Assembly: GCA_013626165.1 (NCBI GenBank)
Contig: NDHX01000009.1
Location: 2,007 to 66,006, forward strand
Origin: Candidatus Velesiimonas alkalicola
GTDB taxonomy: Bacteria; Omnitrophota; Gorgyraeia; Velesiimonadales; Velesiimonadaceae
Reading direction: 5' to 3'
Length of the DNA stretch: 64,000 nt
Positions 60,431-64,000 of this stretch are shown here, in pieces. The translations under genes and the position numbers were made by a program. Below the pieces are notes generated by a model, which worked only from the letters and a program-made list of their open reading frames with translations, was not told the origin of the DNA and ran no database searches. Each line of letters begins with the position of its first letter. Positions within the stretch are counted from its first letter, which is position 1.

Positions 60431-60908
60431 ATACCCATCGGGTTGTCAAGATGCTCGCAACGCAAGTTAGCAATTGCTGTCATGCACACACCTCCTAACA
60501 ATTCGCTTCACCTGATAATTCGCGAACAATTGATTAGTTTGCATTTTTGCAAACCAATGGGCCTTTTCAAGAACTCCTTGTGCTTGATTTTCCGTGCTTT
60601 AAAGCCAATCAACCCGGTTTTTTTGCTCTCTCCCTCCAGTACATTAGCATAACAGATCAACACTGTCAAACTTTTTTGAAGCATACAAAGCATAGAACAT
60701 TTGCCCACTTAAGTCTTTGTTATATTATGCTTTACCGAAAGCCGTTTTTGAGCTAAGATGCAGGCATGCGACTGGAAGATGCTGGATTATTTAAGGATGG
60801 TAAGGGAAAGGATGGTCTCAGCTTTAAGTTCTCCTTAAAACTGATAATAACCGGCAAGAATTTAAGGCTCTTTATGGGAAGAAACGTTACAAATAATCAA
60901 TAGCTTTT

Positions 60909-61907
60909 TCAGGGTATATCCACTCCCTTTCCCTGTTTAGAGGAACTATATAACGCATCCAGCATCTTAAGCAGTTCTAATCCCTCTTCTATTGGAGAAA
61001 TACATTTTACCCCTTTTAAAATGCAGTCGGCAAAATGCTGAAATTGGGAAACGTGTTTATACCCGGCAAGATCCGGTGTTATATCTTCTACTTTACCGTC
61101 TCTTCCTTCACTTACTGAAAAGGGCCAGATGGTTGCCCCGGCTTTAGTCCCCAGATATCTCAAACCGAATGTTCCTTTTTGGGTCATGCATGCCCAGGCG
61201 TTTTCTAAAACAGCGGTTGAGCCATTGGAAAAGCGGATCATGCCTGCGGCGAAATCATCGACATCAAAATCTTTAGATAATGATGGGCCGAATTTAGCAC
61301 AGGTCATTCCAAGGGCGTGGACGGGCTTAGGATGTCCCATAAGGTGCCATTGTAGATCCAGGAAGTGCACGCCGTTATCAATCATACTGCCTCCGCCGGA
61401 ATTTTTCCGGCAAATAAAGGAGGGCTTGTTAGGTATCCCTCCCAAAGGACGCAGGTATGTTGTATAGCTGTAATAGATATCTCCGAATTCACCTTTCCGG
61501 AACTTGTCTACAATAAATGCTGTTTCAGGTAAAAAACGAAATTTCATAGCCAGCATAACCAGTTTATCGCTTTTCCCAGCCGCCTCTGCTATCCTTTTGC
61601 CGTCCTCCAGATTATGTGCCAGAGGTTTCTCACAAAGAACGTGTTTGCCGGCCTCAAGCGCTTTTATGACAGCTGGAGCGTGTAGAAAATTCGGAAGGCA
61701 GACACTTACTGAATCAATATCAGGATCCTGGCAAAGTTCCTGATAATTAGAATAGAGTTTTTTGATTCCCTTGTCTTTTGCCATTCTCAGCAGATCCGGC
61801 GAGATGTCCGCTACTGCTGTAACCTCTATTTCCGGGACCTTTTCGAATTCTTCGGCATGCCACTGTCCGACGCTAAATCCAATAATCCCATGTCTTATCT
61901 TTTTCAT
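60909..61907 (-). CDS. Gfo/Idh/MocA oxidoreductase
   Basis: PNFLH, GKHVLCEKP, GGGSMIDNGVHFLD. Confidence 0.92.
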   Translation of the reverse strand: MKKIRHGIIGFSVGQWHAEEFEKVPEIEVTAVADISPDLLRMAKDKGIKKLYSNYQELCQDPDIDSVSVCLPNFLHAPAVIKALEAGKHVLCEKPLAHNLEDGKRIAEAAGKSDKLVMLAMKFRFLPETAFIVDKFRKGEFGDIYYSYTTYLRPLGGIPNKPSFICRKNSGGGSMIDNGVHFLDLQWHLMGHPKPVHALGMTCAKFGPSLSKDFDVDDFAAGMIRFSNGSTAVLENAWACMTQKGTFGLRYLGTKAGATIWPFSVSEGRDGKVEDITPDLAGYKHVSQFQHFADCILKGVKCISPIEEGLELLKMLDALYSSSKQGKGVDIP

Positions 61908-61933
61908 AGAACTCTCCCAAGGTGTGCTTTTTT

Positions 61934-62722
61934 TTAAAATTGGTCAATAAATCGCTTGGCCTCGGTGATATCTTCCACTGGATTCTCACCGACTTCCCGT
62001 TCAATTACATAGAAACCATTGAACCCAATCTCATCCAGCGCTTTAATGTACTTGGGAAAATCAACCTCTCCTTTACCCAGGGGCTGTTCTTTGCGGCCTT
62101 TTTCGTCAGGTGTTTTTCTTCCGTCTTTGGCATGGGTATGAATAATATAATCTTTCAGTTCATATACACCACCAATGTAATCAAACCCGTTCATGGCCAG
62201 ATTGGCCGGATCATAGTTAACCTTGATTGTCGGAATCTTGATGGTATCAAGGAATTTTTTCATTATCAAGGCCGGTTCCGGGCCTGTCTCAGTAGCCAGG
62301 GATACTTTAATCTTCTCTCCATACCAGCCTATATCTTCAAGGCACTTCCTCATGACAACAACCGCTTTGTCGTTAAAATCTTCCGGGATGAACCCGATGT
62401 GCGTCTGCACAATGGAAACTCCCAGCATCTTTGTGTTTTCCATTATTCGCTTGGTCTTTTCCACGCGTTTCTTTGCTTCTGCTTCGTCTTCCAGGGCAAA
62501 TCCGCCGATATCTCCGCAAACAGAGGAAATGACCAGGTTATGGTCTTTGAACATCCGGCAGATTTCAACGGCTTTCTTGTTTGAGATATCCTCCACATCA
62601 ATTTCATCGCCCAGGCTTGACAATTGCATCCCCGCAAGTCCTATCTCCTGCGCTTTTGCCAGTGCACTCCTGAAGTCAAGTTTGAATGACGATAAAAACG
62701 CACCCACTTTTAATCTTCCCAT
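61934..62722 (-). CDS. Sugar phosphate isomerase/epimerase
   Basis: ETGPE, NYDPANL, HTHAKD, PLGKGEVDF, IERE. Confidence 0.9.
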   Translation of the reverse strand: MGRLKVGAFLSSFKLDFRSALAKAQEIGLAGMQLSSLGDEIDVEDISNKKAVEICRMFKDHNLVISSVCGDIGGFALEDEAEAKKRVEKTKRIMENTKMLGVSIVQTHIGFIPEDFNDKAVVVMRKCLEDIGWYGEKIKVSLATETGPEPALIMKKFLDTIKIPTIKVNYDPANLAMNGFDYIGGVYELKDYIIHTHAKDGRKTPDEKGRKEQPLGKGEVDFPKYIKALDEIGFNGFYVIEREVGENPVEDITEAKRFIDQF

Positions 62723-62745
62723 ATCTTCTTTCTCCTTTTTCTTTG

Positions 62746-63762
62746 TTAACCGCTTCTCCTTTTCCATCCCTGGTCAAGCATAGTCAAATAGTTTGCAACA
62801 GGCACATAATCGGCAATACTGTTTCCGGAACCGAGAGCGTATCCTCCAGTCCCGCCGACTTCGTCTATCAAAAAATCAACGTAATTTCTTATTTCTTCCT
62901 GACTGCCCCGGCAAAGCCTATCAATATCGAAACCGCCCAGAATCGCAATCCTGTCACCATACAGTTTCTTTGCCTCGGCAACAGGAAGAATAATACCTTC
63001 ATACGAATGTTTCGCGTCTATTCCAACGTCCTCGATCAAGTCATCCATTATCGCTGAAAGCTGTCCGCAGGAATGAAGGATACACGGCTTTTTGTTTTTA
63101 TGGATGATCTTGACCAATCTCTTATGCCATGGCAAAACAAATTCTTTTAAGTCATCAGGAGAGATCAATGTCTGAGTCTTAAATCCCATATCATCACTGA
63201 TGACCACCGCGCCCACTTCTTTGATGCAAGCCATACCGGCATACATCGTTTCATACAATAATCCGATGCGTTCAAAGATGTCGGATACCAGTTTGCGGTC
63301 ATCGGACAGAAACAGGCATAGACCTTGGTAACCGCAAAGCGCCTGAGCCATCTCAAAGATACCCCCTGTTTGCCCGATGATCTTCATCCCCGCCGGCAGA
63401 ATAGGTGACACAGCTTCGAATTCGGAAAATGTAATTTCAGACTCGTTCGGCCAGGGATATTTTCGAAAACCTTCCCTGTCTTTAATAGGATAACCCGGCC
63501 TGGTATCTTTGAGATCTCCTGTCTCCATCGGAAGACCGGGCCAAACCGGCAAGTAATCATACCCGGCCCTATAATAGAATTCTACGGTGGAAGCGCTATC
63601 CGGGAGTTTTTTACCAAGGCTGGTCTCCATAACCGGGAGATTCACGAAAAATTCGTAAAAAGGAACATGTTTGGGTTTTCCATCCCGCCACAATACCTTT
63701 AGGAGTTGCGAGAAATCAGAATGCGGTCTGATCGCGGTATCCCCTAACGTCCTTAACTTCAT
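62746..63762 (-). CDS. Uroporphyrinogen-decarboxylase-fold protein (MtaA/CmuA-like)
   Basis: SDDMGFKT, LHSCGQ, GGFDID, GGYALGSGNSI. Confidence 0.85.
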   Translation of the reverse strand: MKLRTLGDTAIRPHSDFSQLLKVLWRDGKPKHVPFYEFFVNLPVMETSLGKKLPDSASTVEFYYRAGYDYLPVWPGLPMETGDLKDTRPGYPIKDREGFRKYPWPNESEITFSEFEAVSPILPAGMKIIGQTGGIFEMAQALCGYQGLCLFLSDDRKLVSDIFERIGLLYETMYAGMACIKEVGAVVISDDMGFKTQTLISPDDLKEFVLPWHKRLVKIIHKNKKPCILHSCGQLSAIMDDLIEDVGIDAKHSYEGIILPVAEAKKLYGDRIAILGGFDIDRLCRGSQEEIRNYVDFLIDEVGGTGGYALGSGNSIADYVPVANYLTMLDQGWKRRSG

Positions 63763-63798
63763 TTTTTTACCCTTCGTTTCATTGTTTAGCCTGGCGAA

Positions 63799-63999
63799 TT
63801 ACAACCCAAAGAATTCCCGGTAACCTTCGCCAATAGCCCGGTAATTTGCGACCGGGACACTTTCTGTAATGGCATTGTTGCAACAGAGGATATGCCCGCC
63901 GTTACCCAGACCCTTTCGCAAACAATCTTTGGTATGTTCTTTTACCTGCGCCGGTGTGCCAAAAGATAATAGATTAGCACAGTCAAGATTTCCAAAAAA
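63799..63999 (-). CDS. Second UroD-fold protein (3' end only, continues past the window edge)
   Basis: FFGNLDCANLLSFGTPAQVKE...GGHILCCNNAITESVPVANY. Confidence 0.75.
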   Translation of the reverse strand, partial: FFGNLDCANLLSFGTPAQVKEHTKDCLRKGLGNGGHILCCNNAITESVPVANYRAIGEGYREFFGL

Positions 64000-64000
64000 G

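Overview
AT-rich bacterial chromosomal window in the standard genetic code, mostly minus-strand genes. The lineage is uncertain; the small DUF4032-like genes loosely suggest a PVC-related or candidate-phylum anaerobe. From left to right: (1) a gas vesicle cluster (gvpA, two helical GvpC-like genes, a DnaJ-type Zn finger, gvpN, an AbrB-like gene); (2) a phosphorus/polyphosphate-themed cluster (phnM relic, tandem thymidylate-kinase-like pair, CHAD-HD fusion, stand-alone Ppx-type HD domain, guanylate-kinase-like gene, acetyltransferase, TIM barrel, PHP-GT4, GT2); (3) housekeeping genes (murC, accA, argH, hemW, 2-oxoacid dehydrogenase E1/E2, leuD, his, bioA, dnaJ); (4) a decayed restriction-modification/arsenic/TA island that truncates amrA; (5) fmt, cutA, exbBD/tonB-like, lysC, apgM, panB, phoU, nadE, phoBR; (6) an IS5-like relic and a sugar-catabolism block. 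The strongest unannotated signal is a duplicated cis-regulatory unit upstream of both accessory operons: promoter, short leader ORF built on a CAAA tetranucleotide repeat and ending YNRPY-stop, a hairpin over the stop codon, and a terminator. Also notable are three 11-bp-periodic Pho-box-like arrays, several probable leaderless transcripts, and several dispersed palindromic and tandem repeat families. No rRNA, tRNA or CRISPR array was seen. All family assignments come from motif recognition by eye, not database searches.
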